Assembly (NCBI GenBank): GCA_964016885.1
Contig: OZ024753.1
Coordinates: 46,190,001 to 46,254,000 of the forward strand
Reading direction: 5' to 3'
From: Eledone cirrhosa
Taxonomy: Eukaryota
DNA: 64,000 nucleotides
The notes under the pieces are model-generated. The model searched no databases and was not told the origin of the DNA. It saw only the letters and a program-made list of their open reading frames with translations. Made by a program: the position numbers and the translations under genes. How positions within the stretch are numbered: the stretch's first letter is position 1; every line of letters begins with the position of its first letter. Shown in pieces: positions 14,276 to 29,239 of this stretch.

Positions 14276-16230
14276 TATATATACATATATATATTGAAAC
14301 AGAAAACTGTCAAAAGAGCCACATGCGAGAACTGAGCCAGGCATATGCCGGTCTGCTGCAGTACCATTACACCAACATACACCTGGCCTATTCCCTATAT
14401 CTTTTTAGAACCCTTACCGAGTCATCGCTCTAATTAAAAAAAATTGTAATTATTTTTCGCCTGTTGAAAACTCTCGACAACGTAGGTTAGATATAAAATA
14501 GTTGAATAAATCGGGTAACGAGACTCTGGGGGTGGTTTTTACCTGAGAGGAGATGATAATATACACCTGCTTCGTAAACGACTAAATTGTGTTTTCTATA
14601 TTCCTAGCCAACGGATAAGTCTTCGTAAAACGATGTAGGGTGTGGCCAGGGATAGATGACTAATTCTATCACACCCACCCTGCTTCTATATATCGTAGTG
14701 GACTAAAGTAAAGTACTTATTGAGACGAACACCGATAGATTTTAACATGTTTTACACCTGTATAGAATGAGACGGCATGTTACATACAGAACTGAATTAA
14801 CTTGTGACCTCTCAAAGTTCATTTGCACACAGTTCATACATTGAGAGAGGGGGGGGGGGGGAGAGGGGAGAGAGAGAGAGAAGAGAGAGAGAGAGGGAGA
14901 GACTCCATATCAAACACAATTTCTTTGCTTTCACAATTTTTGTGTTACATTTTTCTTCTTTTTCCTATGGTCTGTTTCCCATTTTATAAAATGGAAATAT
15001 ATTCCTGTAATACACGGCAAAGGTGTGATGGGAAATTCGAGTAGGGAAAAGAATGAAGAAAAAAATAGCCCAATGCCTTTTAACATACGTAAACCTCAGC
15101 TGGGAAACACAGCTTTCTTACAGATTCTAAAGAATTTATTTAATTCGTTCTCCAGAAGGTGCCAGAATTTCGAAAGACCTACAATTTTTTTCTTCCTTTC
15201 TCCCACACAGACATCTTCATATCAACGTTTCACTTTTTCTCTTATTATTTCTCTGTCTGTCTTTTATTTTCGTTTCGTGTTCGCAACACGAAGAGAAAAT
15301 ATATTTAAAGAAAATAATGCAAGTAAAGATAATGAAAATAAAACCAGTTCTGAATCTATTTTAACCAAACCAAATTCCTAAACTTATCGCCTATTTTTCT
15401 TATTTTTATTCTCTTTTTTTTCTAAAAATTCTTTCACCTTCCTGATCCTATTACAATCTAATTCTTCTTTCGCGCTACTATCTCACCTCTTATCTATTAT
15501 ATTCAAAACCGTCATCTTCTAATGTGTTTTCCCTCCGTTCTTCTTATGGTCTTCTACAATAGAGTGCTACCAACAAATGTCTCTAAGTAGATCCGAGTTC
15601 AAATTATATCTTTGTTACTTTAGCTGCTCAGCTATTGTGGTTTCTAATTTAGATTTTATAGTGTTATGAACAGTATTACAGCAGGCGGGTATGTCACAAC
15701 ACTTGTGTAGCTTTATAGTTCTCCATAGAATTATGTTCAATGGGAGAGCAGAAGAGGAAGCAGTGGGTTTAGAAAGAAGAAGAGTAAGAGTGAAAGAAAG
15801 AAGTAATAGAAGTTAGGACGAGAGAGAAAGAAATACGAAACATTTGTATTTAGAAAAAACAAGAAAATTAGTGAGGGTGGGGGATAAAATACCAAACAAA
15901 AATAGAGAGACTTTGTGGTAAGAACTTAGTAACAGAGAATTACTCAGTGAAAATAGTGTGTGTGTGTGTGTATATATATATATATGTATATCCGTATGTA
16001 GTTGACGGCCGAGAGAGAGAGTGTAGAGAGGGAGAGAGTAAGAGAGAGAGAGAGAGATTAAGGTACGACAACCATGCAGAGTTGAAAAGCTAGTTGGAAG
16101 TAGACGTTTAATATAAACTAGAACAACTTGGCATAATCTTGTGAAGGAAAATGTGGGATTTTATCTGAGATCTTACAAGAAACTGTTAGATATTTCTATT
16201 GGTAGGTTATGTTAGCACAACTTGACACAT

Positions 16231-16420
16231 TGGCACAGGGTTGTATAGTGTTGATTGGAGCGAATAGAGTACATTATTTTGCTGGTACAAACTAATTTTA
16301 TTATCTGCATAGAAAGGCAAGAAGGCGAAAAATCGTCGTCAGTGTAATTTGATTTCATAGTTACGAAACTGAATACTGTAAGGCATTTTAGCTTCTATGT
16401 CCACCGATTCCTTCCACTAC
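16231..16420 (-). mobile_element. Highly diverged SINE family 1 copy
   Basis: Remnant blocks ggcacaggg, gctggtac...attttat, aatttgatttc and aatactgtaaggcatttt in the expected order. Confidence 0.45.
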
Positions 16421-17065
16421 ACTAATCTTGGTATTAAATTGAGATAATTCTTTCTTCGGGATAGTTTGACCTCTTCAGAGAAATAGTTTGTTTGGAATGT
16501 GATACGAATAAACAATTATGTTATACTGCCACCCTCGAACAATATCAAAAGAGCACAGAAAATATTTAATAATGGAAGATATTAGGAAAAATATGCATAA
16601 ATGTATAATTCGTATAATGTTTAATATTTTCTACTGTTGGTATTGCCAATGAGATGGAAATATAAAGTGTTCTAATCGTAACCAATATAATATTACTTCT
16701 TAGTATTTTCCTTATTTATTCCTGATCACACTTAACTATTATGAAATAGGGTTACAGCCGTGCCCATCCCTTCTTATCTCAACATATACATGAGCATCTG
16801 TAATTATTAATCTATACTGAAACCTTTCTTATTGAAGGATTCTGTTAGTTCTGTCTAGATATATACACGTATTTCGTGGATTTTAAGTATTAGGGCCGAG
16901 TTAAGGTGTTCCTCAAAATGTATGTTTTTGTGTCTATGTTAGAAATCTATATTGCAAATATATGTATTTTTATCTCCATCTCTCTTTCTCTCTATCTCAT
17001 ATATATATATATACGGTATATCTTGGAATTTTCAACAGAGGGGATTTGTTTCAGTTTACAAAGAG

Positions 17066-17165
17066 AGACCTCGAAAGAAATGAAAGACAAATTTGACCTT
17101 CACGGGATTAGAACAGAACCAAATACCGCAAAATATTCTGACTTTCTAACAAATCTGCCAATTCA
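17066..17165 (-). mobile_element. Diverged SINE family 1 head and core fragment
   Basis: gacctcgaaagaaatgaaagacaaatttgacc...aaataccgcaaaatattc...ctgccaattc. Confidence 0.6.
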
Positions 17166-17579
17166 GAGCTTTACAACTTATATAATAATATCTTAGAGAG
17201 ATGATCGACTTGTAATGTGTGAAGCATAAACTTCCATATTCAGTTCAAAAGAGATATAACTGAAATTGGTTCATAGTAGATGAGCTTATTCTGTCGTCAC
17301 TTAGTAGAAAGATGCTTTGATGTGTGTTTCAGCGTACCTCAGTTCAAATGTTACTCAGTTCAAACTTCCATTTATTTCAACCAATTCTGTTTAGCATCTC
17401 TCTTGGTTATTGTTTGGCAAATGTCAGTCTCTCTCTCTCTCTCTCTCTCTCTGACTACCTTTTATTCTTTCGTCTTCTCACGGCTTATTTTTTCTCCCTT
17501 TGGTATTCTCTACTTTTTCATTACACTTCATTGTTCTACGGCCTCCTTCTCGTTATATCTCTCCACACGCATCCACAAA

Positions 17580-17628
<49 letters not shown>

Positions 17629-17949
17629 CACGGGTTTTCTTATCTCGTTCACTTTCAAATCGTCAGCCTCAATTATCACTTACACTTACCTTTCGTGATC
17701 TTTCAGTCCCCTTCTTTTCTTTTGTTAGTTTTTTTCGCCTTTGTATCATTCTGCACCCCCCCCCTCCCCACACCCACCTCTCATTGCTCTACCTCATCCC
17801 TGCTTCATCCTCCTCCTCCTTTTCTTTCTTTACGATCTTCATCTCCATATATCTGTGTCAACAGATATCTCTTTTCTGCATAATCTCTCCCATTTCTCGT
17901 CTTCTCTCTCTATTTTCTCAATCTGTCACTCTTACTCTCCTTCCTCTCT

Positions 17950-18127
<178 letters not shown>

Positions 18128-18514
18128 GAAACTACTAAAGCATATTACCCATTCATATATCTCTGTCTATTACTTAATCCTAGGTGATGACAGCTTCAAA
18201 GATATGATATAACTACAATAAAGATAGAAGATATGTAGGAAGCTGTAGATAGTCTCATACTAATAGTTTTTTTATATACATATGTATGTATGAGTATCTC
18301 ACCCTCTCTCACTCTCTCTCTCTGTGTCTGTATATATATATATATGTGTGTGTGTGTGTATGTGCATGTGTGTGTGTGTGCGCGCGCGCGTGTAAAAAGC
18401 CGTAACCGTTCACAGCAAACGCGAATTATCTAGGAAGTTAGCAAGTGTAATATGATATGAACCCCGAAACTCCTCATGAAGTCGTAGTGACGACGCTGTT
18501 GTTGCATTTCTTGG

Positions 18515-18782
18515 GTATTTTAAGCCTGACGGAGCTCATCACACTCCAGGTTTGAACACACCAGGTTTCTTCCAGAGAAGGATAGAAAGTGAGAGAAAGA
18601 AAGTGAGAAATATATATAGAGAGAGAAAGAATCGAACCTAGCAATAGACTGGTCCATTTTTTATCGACCTCCAAAGGATGAAAGGCAAAGTTGACCTCAG
18701 CGGGATTTGAACTCAGAGAGTAAAGAAACGGAACGAATACCACAAAGCATTCGACGGTCTAACGACTGACAATTCACCGCTT
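18515..18782 (-). mobile_element. SINE family 1 with alternative 3' tail
   Basis: Head and core (ttatcgacctccaaaggatgaaaggcaaagttgacctcagcgggatttgaactcag) joined to a tail shared with 37950-38075 and 47030-47130. Confidence 0.85.
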
Positions 18783-19283
18783 ATTTGCTTATATAAAAGA
18801 GAACAACACAGTATTCACCTAATAACACAATAGTGATACAACAGTGATGCCGATCTACCAATACAAGGGGAGGTAAGACTATGAAAATAATACGGATTAT
18901 TTCCAGTAATGGAACGAGACTCAACATAGAGAAGTACGTTGTCGTAATGTAGGCTCAGCCATATTATCAGCACATCTATAATTATCAAAGATATTCCAAC
19001 TGCGCTTCAATCATCCCATTTTTTTTTCTATATCGATTTCTATGTTGTCTAGTGTGTTTTTTATTTGTTTTATTTGTTGTCGTTTGAAAAATATGCCTGT
19101 AATTCTAGCAGATCAAGTAAAGTATATACTATATTTGCTGACTTTTCAGTATGGTAATTGTGATGGAAATAGAACCGGAGTTTAACACAACAGTAGTTTC
19201 CTAAAACAATAGCAAATTTCTTTTATATCAGCTATATATATTTTATCACAAAACACACACACACAGGGACATATATTTATATA

Positions 19284-19325
<42 letters not shown>

Positions 19326-19329
<4 letters not shown>

Positions 19330-19342
19330 TATATGTATGAGT

Positions 19343-19383
<41 letters not shown>

Positions 19384-19399
19384 TCATATATGTATGAGT

Positions 19400-19440
<41 letters not shown>

Positions 19441-19456
19441 TCATATATGTATGAGT

Positions 19457-19487
<31 letters not shown>

Positions 19488-19490
19488 TTG
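19326..19490. repeat. 57-bp tandem triplication built on (TA)n
   Basis: Marker gagttg at 19339, 19396 and 19453. Confidence 0.85.
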
Positions 19491-19535
<45 letters not shown>

Positions 19536-19538
19536 ATT

Positions 19539-19581
<43 letters not shown>

Positions 19582-20353
19582 GTATGTATGTATGTATGTA
19601 TTTATATTTATATATATGTATGTATTTATATTTATATATTAAAATAGATCTTTTATAGATCACATTAGTTTTCAGTTAAAATTTTTTTCTCTTTCTTTTT
19701 CAAACAATGGATGCTTTTTATGCCATATTAACCATAGATCTTTTTTTTTCTGAAGACGAAGGGGAAAAAACATCTTGAAATTTCAACAACCTTTATATGA
19801 AAGAGAACAAAACATTATTATACGAAAATAAACATCATAAAATAATATTTCTTTGCTCGTTTCTTTTCCTTGAGTCCCTTCAATCTACACCGCTGCCTGC
19901 CATTCTTTTTCAAACGCCTATTTATTTTACGCCTTGCCTATTTCCACACGATTGTCTTCTATCTGATAGAATGAGGTTTTTTGTTGTTGTTTTTTGTGTT
20001 TGTTTGTGTGTTTTTTATATTATTTTTTTTTATATCTTTGTCTTTTGTTTCTTTCATTGAGAAAATATTATTTTTTGAAACTTGTAGTTTTATAAGATTT
20101 ATTGATTATTATTTTTTTATATTTTATTATTATTATTATCTTTATTATTTTTTGGTTATCTTCCATCAATTATTACTAATAGCTTTTTTTCTCTATATAT
20201 ATTTTAGAAAAAAAATATCGTTCAGTTCTATAGTTTTTTTCATTCTATCTGTCTTTACGAATTTCATATTTTCATATACTTCAATGTTTCATATTCTTCT
20301 ATCTCTTCCTGTGGCTATCTCTGAATTCGGGGCTATGTTGTGTGTTCCTGCTT

Positions 20354-20394
20354 TAAGTTTTTGTTGCCTAATGCAGGCATGAATCCACAATTGA

Positions 20395-20480
<86 letters not shown>

Positions 20481-20525
20481 ATATTCAATTGTGGATTCAT
20501 GCCTGCATTAGGCAACATAAACTTA
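20354..20525. repeat. Inverted repeat (47-bp arms, 1 mismatch) around an (AT)n/(GT)n spacer
   Basis: taagtttttgttgcctaatgcaggcatgaatccacaattgaatatac ... gtatattcaattgtggattcatgcctgcattaggcaacataaactta. Confidence 0.92.
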
Positions 20526-20655
<130 letters not shown>

Positions 20656-20725
20656 AATTCTTATCTGTCATCAGCAAGTCATACTACTCTCATTCCATAC
20701 AATCGCACGTACGGATACACACACC

Positions 20726-20796
<71 letters not shown>

Positions 20797-21367
20797 GGAA
20801 TTTCCGTAGAAAGGAGTAAAAGAGCGCTCTAAGTCATATATATAAATATATATATGTATATATATATATATTTATATTTGAACGGCCTAATCACTAAGAG
20901 ATGTTTTATCTAATAAGACGTTACACATTTAAGTAGGAAACTAAACGGTAACCAATCATGTTATGTAACACAATTATTGAATGTTTTCAAGAACCTCACA
21001 ACACTATATGCTTGCAAACTGCGTCTTAAAAATTATGATACTGATGAAGACGATGATGATGATAAAGATGAGGATGACGATGATGATGTTGATGATGATA
21101 ATCATGCTGTTGTTGCTGTTGGTGATGGTGGTGGTGGGTGCATGTGTGCTGGTCTTTCAGGAACACGATCTATAATATAATGAAGACGGTTCCTAAGAAT
21201 ATTGGTGAGCATGAATAAGAGATCTAGCAGATGAGGGGGAGGAGGGGAGGGGGAGAGGGGGGATGAGAGGGGGGAGGATTGTACAGTGTGATAATTGTCA
21301 ATTTGCTAATTACTGTTGTGATGATAAATCTCTTGATAATGTTAATATTCTTGTTTTTTCTTTTTCT

Positions 21368-21708
21368 CACCACCACCACCACCACCTCCACAAACACCAC
21401 CACCACCTTCATCTCCACCACCACCCTCATCTCCACCACCATCACCACCACCCCCATCACCATAACCACCACCCTCATCACCACCACCTTCACCACCACC
21501 ATCATCATCACCGCCACCGCCTTCATCTCCACCACCAACACCACCACCTTCATCTCCACCACCATCACCACCACCACCACCTTCATCTTCACCACCAACG
21601 TCGCCATCTACTTCTCCGCCATTTTCTGCTACTTTCTACCTCCTCGCCCTCGTCTGGCTTCTTATATCTTTGGCTTCGTCTTCCTCTTTTCTCTCTATGT
21701 ATACATGC

Positions 21709-21761
<53 letters not shown>

Positions 21762-21774
21762 AATATATATATAA

Positions 21775-21869
<95 letters not shown>

Positions 21870-21998
21870 GTATATATGTGTATGTGTGTGTGTGTGACAT
21901 TATATATATATATATATATGTGTGTGTATGTAAGTATGTATATATATATATATATATATATAAGATATATATATATATAATATATATATATATATATG

Positions 21999-22037
<39 letters not shown>

Positions 22038-22491
22038 ATACACACACACACAGGTATGCATATATATATATATGTGTGTGTGTGAATATATATGTATATA
22101 CGTGTATATTTATTTATATATATTTTTCTCCTATATACATATATCCTCCCATCTTTATATTTGCCCCACCCACCTCTCGCCCTCCCCTCCTTCTCTCTGA
22201 TATCCTCTCCCCCATCCTCCCCTCCACACCAATCTACCCCACCCCTCCGTCTCTCTGATATCCTCCCCCATCCCCATCCTCCACCCCACAATACACCATC
22301 TATTGTGAAAAGCTTGATAACATGCAATGCTATTCAATTAAAGATATCTTTATGTCTTGGTTTGTTTTCTTCCTTTAACTAAAGTCCTCATCCTTTACAT
22401 CACACTTCCTCTCCTCCTGCTATCTTTCTCTCTAGTCTCGCTCTCGTCTCTCTTTCGTCTTTCTCTCTATCTCTCTCTTTCTCTCGTCTCG

Positions 22492-22573
<82 letters not shown>

Positions 22574-25500
22574 GTTCTCTTTCTCAATATCTCGCTTTGC
22601 TCGCTCTCTCTCCCGTCTCTCTCTCTCTCTCTCTCTGTATCATTTTCACCACACTAACTCTAACCTCCTCCTCCTCCATCTTCATCTTATTCTTATTCTT
22701 CTACTCCTCCTCCTCCTCCTCTCTGTAATAATACGCCATTGTTTATTCGTCTTCGCCATTCTGTTTCCGGTCCTTATTATATAGAAAACCATTTGGAAAG
22801 AAACTATTAGATTATCTTAACAATGAAATTATGTTCATTGTTAAATACCAATGCTTTGCATGCATCGTATAATATTTTGTAGAGGTACTGCTCGTGATAA
22901 TATGATGAAAAGGGCTTCTATTTAGCTTTGCTGTAATTAGTCTTGCTAATGTAGGTGAAGACGATGGGGCGGTTGTGTTGGATGTGCTACTGTTGTTATT
23001 GGTGATGGTGGTGGTGGTACTGCTGGTATTAGTGATGGTAGTGGTGGTGGTGGTGGTTGTGGTGGTGGTTATACTGTTGATATTGGTGATGGTGGTGTAG
23101 TGGTGGTGGTGGTGGTGGTACTGCTGGTATTAGTGATGGTGGTGGTGGTGGTGGTGGTTGTGGTGGTGGTTATACTGTTGATATTGGTGATGGTGGTGTA
23201 GTGGTGGTGGTGGTGGTGGTACTGTTGGTATTAGTGATGGTAGTGGTGGTGGTGGTGGTTGTGGTGGTGGTTATACTGTTGATATTGGTGATGGTGGTGT
23301 AGTGGTGGTGGTGGTGGTGGTACTGTTGGTATTAGTGATGGTAGTGTAGTGGTGGTGGTGGTGGTGGTGGTGGTGGTGGTTATACTGTTGATATTGGTGA
23401 TGGTGGTGTAGTGGTGGTGGTGGTACTGTTGGTATTGGTGGTGGTAGTGTAGTGGTGGTGGTGATGGTACTGTTGGTATTGGTGGTGGTAGTGTAGTGGT
23501 GGTGGTGGTGGTGGTACTGTTGGTATTGGTGGTGGTAGTGTAGTGGTGGTGGTGGTGGTGGTACTGTTGGTATTAGTGATGGTAGTGGTGGTGGTGATGG
23601 TGGTGGTACTGTTGGTATTAATGATGGTAGTGTAGTCAAGGAGAGGTTGTAGCTGTTGTTGTGGTGGTGGTGGTGGTGGTGGTGGTGGTGGTTGCTCTGG
23701 ACGATGGCCATACGTGTAGTGCTGGTGGTGGTCGTGGTGTTGTTGGTGTTGGTGGTGATGGTGGTTATGATGTTGGTACTGGTGTTGTTGTTGGTGGTGG
23801 TGGTTGTGGTGGTGGTGTTGGTGGTGATGGTGGTGGTGGTGGTGGTGGTGGTGGTGGTGGTGGTGTCGGTGGTGGTGGTGGTGGTGGTGGTGTCGGTGGT
23901 GGTGGTTGTGGTGGTGGTGTCGGTGGTGGTGGTGGTGGTGGTGGTGGTGGTGGTGTAGCTGGTTTGTTGTGGTTGTTAAAGCTGTTGTTTGTCCGAGATG
24001 TAATTGAAGTTGGTAAGGTTTAGAAGATGCTAGTGTTGATAATAATACTAACAAGTAAAACTGTTTGATGTCGTTGATGTCGTTGTTCTTGTTGTCGTTG
24101 TTGTTGTTGTTGTTGCTGCTGTCGTTGTTGCCCTTTAGCCCCGGGCCAATGCTTGCAATACAAAGATCTAATGTTTAGACATTCTAATCGTGATTATTAT
24201 TTTTATTTCTTGTTTCTTTCCCTTTCTTACATAATGTTCCCTGAACTACGTAATATAATGTATTCTTTATACAGAGAGTTTTGTAATCTTCCTGTTGTTG
24301 TTAGGGTCTAAGCTTGCATGTTATTAGTGTTAACTCAGGCCGTTTTCGTCATAGTAGTAGTTGTTGTTGTTAATACTGCTGTTGTAGTTGTCAATAGTAA
24401 GAGGCTCTCAAAACATCGAGGAGGGGTGTCTTTGGTAAACAGACTCAGGTTTAGCCGGTAAGAGCTACATGGAGATTAAAACTAACCAGCTCATAGAGAT
24501 ACTGATTAGGCTAACTACAAAACTGTAACAAAATTTCTATAAAGTATTTTGGATTACTGTGTAAAAATGGAACAAACTTACGGAGCGATGTAAAAGGTTG
24601 TATCGAGACATGAACAAAAATAATTATAATATTAGCAGTAATAATAATTATAATAATAATAAATACATATATACATAAAGAGAGGGAGTGGAGGCAGGTA
24701 TAGACAGATAAACTGTTAAATCACGTCCATAAGAGGCCTTGAAACAAAAATGTTTACTAACTTGAAAGGAAATCTCTAATTGGCAATACAAACACATCGT
24801 TAAGATGAAAGCAAAACATACATGGAAAGAAAACATTCCACCACCTTCACCATCACCATCACCATCACCATCACCATCACCATCAGCGGCACTTCTGCCG
24901 CTACTTACACCATCTTCAGTACCACTAATCCCAATCACTTCTATCACAACTATTGACACCATTACTATCACTGGCACCATGCCACCAACACCACAACCAA
25001 TGTCATTACCCCTATCTCTACCAAGTTTAATATTCCATGTATCAACTACCATCGCCCTCACCAACACCAACACTTCCAGTTTCCCCCACATCAAAACCTC
25101 TCAAACCAGTACCATCCCCATCAACGATCACAAAATTCAGTCACCAACACCTTAAGTGTCCCCCACCAAGGAAACAGTCAACGTCATCACAAGGACAGTA
25201 TCAGTTTGCCCATCATAAAGATAATCAACCCCATCCACACCCCAGTCGATTCAATTATCAAAGAGTGATGTCATTATACCACCGACACCACCACCAAAAA
25301 CACTACCACCGACACCACCACCAACACAACCACCGACATCACCACCAACACAACCACGACACCACCTCCACCAACACAGCTACCGACACCACCACCACCA
25401 ACACAACTAGTGACACCACCACCAACACAGCTATCGACACCACCACCAACACAACTACCGACACCACCACCAACACAGCTAGCGACACCACCACCAACAC

Positions 25501-26902
25501 AACTACCGACACCACCACCAACACAGCTACCGACACCACCACCACCAACACAACTACCGACACCACCACCACCAACACAGCCAGCGACACAACCACCACC
25601 AACACAGCTAACAACATCACAGAATATGTTCACATTGGTGACATCACAGAATAAGTTGACAGTGTTACGTCACTGAATATGTTGACATCAATGACGTCAC
25701 AGGAACATGTTGACATCAATGACGTCACAGGAATATGTTGGCATTGGAGATGTCACAGATTATGTTGACATCGTTGACGTCACACAACATGTTGACATTA
25801 GTGACGCCAAACGTAATATGTTGATGATATTGTTCTTAAGGTGGTGATAGTAGTGGTATCGGTGGTGGTGGTGGTGATGGTGATAGTATTGGTGTTGGTG
25901 GTGTTGATAGTAGTGGTGTTGGTGGTGGTGGTGATGGTGATAGTAGTGGTGTTGGTGGTGTTGATAGTAGTGGTGTTGGTGGTGGTGGTAATGGTGATAG
26001 TAGTGGTGTTGGTGGTGGTGATAGTAGTGGTCTTGGTGGCGGTGGTGATGGTGATAGTAGTGGTGTTGGTGGTGGTGATATTATTGGTGTTGGTGGTGTT
26101 GATAGTAGTGGTGTTGGTGGTGGTGGTGATGGTGATAGTAGTGGTGTTGGTGGTGGTGGTGGTGGTGATGTTGGTGGCGATAGTAGTGGTGTTGGTGGTG
26201 GTGGTGGTGGTGGTGGTGGTGGTGGTGGTGGTGGTGGTGGTAGTGGTGTTGGTGGTGTTGATAGTAGTGGTGTTGGTGGTGGTGGTGATGGTGATAGTAG
26301 TGGTGTTGGTGGTGTTGGTGGTGGTGATGTTGGTGTTGATAGTAGTGGTGTTGGTGGTGGTGGTGATGGTGATAGTAGTGGTGTTGGTGGTGTTGGTGGT
26401 GGTGATGTTGGTGGTGATAGTAGTGGTGTTGGTGGTGGTGGTGATGGTGATGTTGGTGGTAATAGTAGTGTTGTTGTAGTTGTTGTAGTTGTTGTAGTGG
26501 TGTTGTTGTAGTTGTTGTAGTGTTGTAGTGGTGTTGTTGTAGTTGTTGTAGTGTTGTAGTGGTGTTGTTGTAGTTGTTGTAGTGATGTTGTTGTAGTTGT
26601 TGTAGTGGTGTTGTTGTAGTTGTTGTAATGTTGTAGTGGTGTTGTTCCCAGTAATATTGTTAATGATAAACGTGTGAAGTAATGTTCAGTTCATGTTCCA
26701 CAAGAAATTTCCCGTCCATTAGAGACCATTGAAACGTTTCACTCTGATTTACTTTCACACCCCCTCTCTCCTTAGTACCAGTCTCTCTCTTTCTCTCTCT
26801 CCCTACCACCAGTCTCTCTCTCGTCTTACCTCTCTATATCTCTCTCCGTTGGTACTTATCTACTTGCGCAAATGCACAGACACATATATACTCATGTACA
26901 TA

Positions 26903-26966
<64 letters not shown>

Positions 26967-26987
26967 TATATATATATAAATATATAC

Positions 26988-27076
<89 letters not shown>

Positions 27077-27107
27077 AATATATATATAAATATATATATA
27101 TATATAA

Positions 27108-27196
<89 letters not shown>

Positions 27197-27262
27197 GATA
27201 TATATATATATATATATGTATATATAGAGAGAGAGATAGATAGATAGATAGATAGATAGATG

Positions 27263-27294
<32 letters not shown>

Positions 27295-27375
27295 TCCCAC
27301 TAACATCGTCTTTATCCTACATCTCCCTCCCAATATTTTCTCTTTGACGCTCTTCTCCAAAATATTCCCTTAATT

Positions 27376-27408
<33 letters not shown>

Positions 27409-28550
27409 CACACACCACCACCACCACCACACACCACTACCACCACCACACACACCACCATCACCACCTCCACTACCACACACAACCATCACCACCTCCA
27501 CCACCACACACACACCACCATCAGCACCACCAGCACCATCACCACCACGACCACCACCACTACCTCCTTCACCACCACCACCACACATACCACCACCACC
27601 ACCACACACCACACACACCACCATCACCACCACACACACCTCCACCACACACACCACCTCACACACCACCATCACCATCACCACCACACACACCACCATC
27701 ACACACACCACCACCACCACAACCACACACACCACCACCACTACCACCAGCACACACCACCACCACCACACACACCACCATCACCACCACCACCACACAC
27801 CACCACCACCACACACACCACCATCACCACACACCACCACCACCACACACCACCATCACCACACACACCACCATCACCACACACACCACCACTACCACTA
27901 GCACACACCACCACCACCACACACCACCATCACCACACACCACCACCACCACACACACCACCATCACCACACACACCACCATCACCACACACACCACCAC
28001 TACCACTAGCACACACCACCACCACCACACACCACCATCACCACACACCACCACACACACATAATTTCCCAAAAGGACAACGGAAAGCTATCACGCTATT
28101 ATATCAACTGAAGAGAGGAACTGAGAAATTATAAGAGATGGTAGGTGTTTGATTGCTCCGAAGGTGTCTTTGTTGAGCTTTGGGCTGTTATTGTTGTTGA
28201 TGATGATGGTTATGATAATAGTGTTGGTGATGTTGTTGCTGCTGATGGTGATGTTGGTGATGTTGTTGTTGGTGTTGCTGGTGATGGATATGATAATAGT
28301 GATGGTGATGTTGTTGTTGGTAGTGGTGATGGTTATGATAAGTGTTGGTGATATTGTTGTTGATGGTGATGTTGGTAGTGGTTGTTGGAATGGAAGTGTT
28401 GGTGATGGTGTTGGTAGTGGTGTTGTTGGTGATGGAGTTGGTAGTGTTGTTGTTGGTGATGGAGTTGGTAGTGATGTTGTTGGTGTTGGTCATGGAGTTG
28501 GTAGAGTTGGAGTTGGCTGTGGTGTTGGTGGTAGTGGTAGTGTTGTTGTT
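21368..28550. repeat. Compound ACC/GGT low-complexity domain with alternating strand orientation
   Basis: ACC-rich 21368-21600, GGT-rich 22990-23960, ACC-rich 24840-25620, GGT-rich 25840-26640, ACC/AC-rich 27405-28060, GGT/TGT-rich 28190-28550. Confidence 0.92.
25614..25826. repeat. Minisatellite of about 27-28 bp (about 8 copies) containing TGACGTCA
   Basis: Approximate consensus GACGTCACAGAATATGTTGACATCAAT; exact TGACGTCA at 25692, 25720 and 25775. Confidence 0.85.
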
Positions 28551-29203
28551 CTTGTGATTGTTATAGTAAAATGTTTAATGTGTTGTGTATTAAGGTGATG
28601 ATGAAGATGAAGTTATTTCAACATCCCTCCTCAACCAAACTCTATTTTCACAGAAGATAAAACGGGAATTTGAAAATCACACAAAAAATAGTATAAATAT
28701 GTATGAAACGCGAAAAATATTCAACATGGCGGTGATTTCAAAGAATTCGCACGCTTGACATTTTTGTGAAGGCGGTGACAATTTCCTCCTTTTAAGAGTT
28801 CCTTGCTGTGCGTGTTTGGGTGTATTTGTGCGAATGTGTGTGAGTGTCTGTGTGTCAGTGTCTGTGTGTATGTGTGTGAGTGTATTTGTGCAAAAGTGTG
28901 TGAGTGTGTGAGTGTGTGAGTGGATGTGTGTGAGTGTCTGTGTGTATGTGTGTGAATGTCTGCGTGTGGATGTGTGTGAGTATGTGTTCGTGTGTCTTTA
29001 TGTGAATGTACGTGGCTATTCATATGAGTGTTCGATTATGGTTGGGTTTTTTTTTGCATAGCTGTTTGTGTATATTCATGTTTTTTTTTTGTATGTGTTT
29101 GCGTATGAGTGTGTGAGTGTGTCCGTGCGTGTGTATGCGTTTGCAGCTGTTCATGTGTGTTTGCGTGGCTGTGTTGTGGGTGCCTGCGTATGCGTTTATC
29201 GTT

Positions 29204-29235
<32 letters not shown>

Positions 29236-29239
<4 letters not shown>

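Noticed and set aside
21279-21980. Mucin-like Thr-rich ORF with a hydrophobic N-terminus, and the overlapping His-rich ORF
   Set aside because: Arise from (ACC)n, run into (TA)n, several frames are equally open and no splice structure is evident
24400-24620. Possible CR1 LINE 3' end (WNKL-like peptide)
   Set aside because: Only one short motif; not enough without an alignment
23271-26479. Poly-His, poly-Val, Gly-rich and Pro/Thr-rich ORFs
   Set aside because: Alternative readings of GGT/ACC repeats with no frame preference
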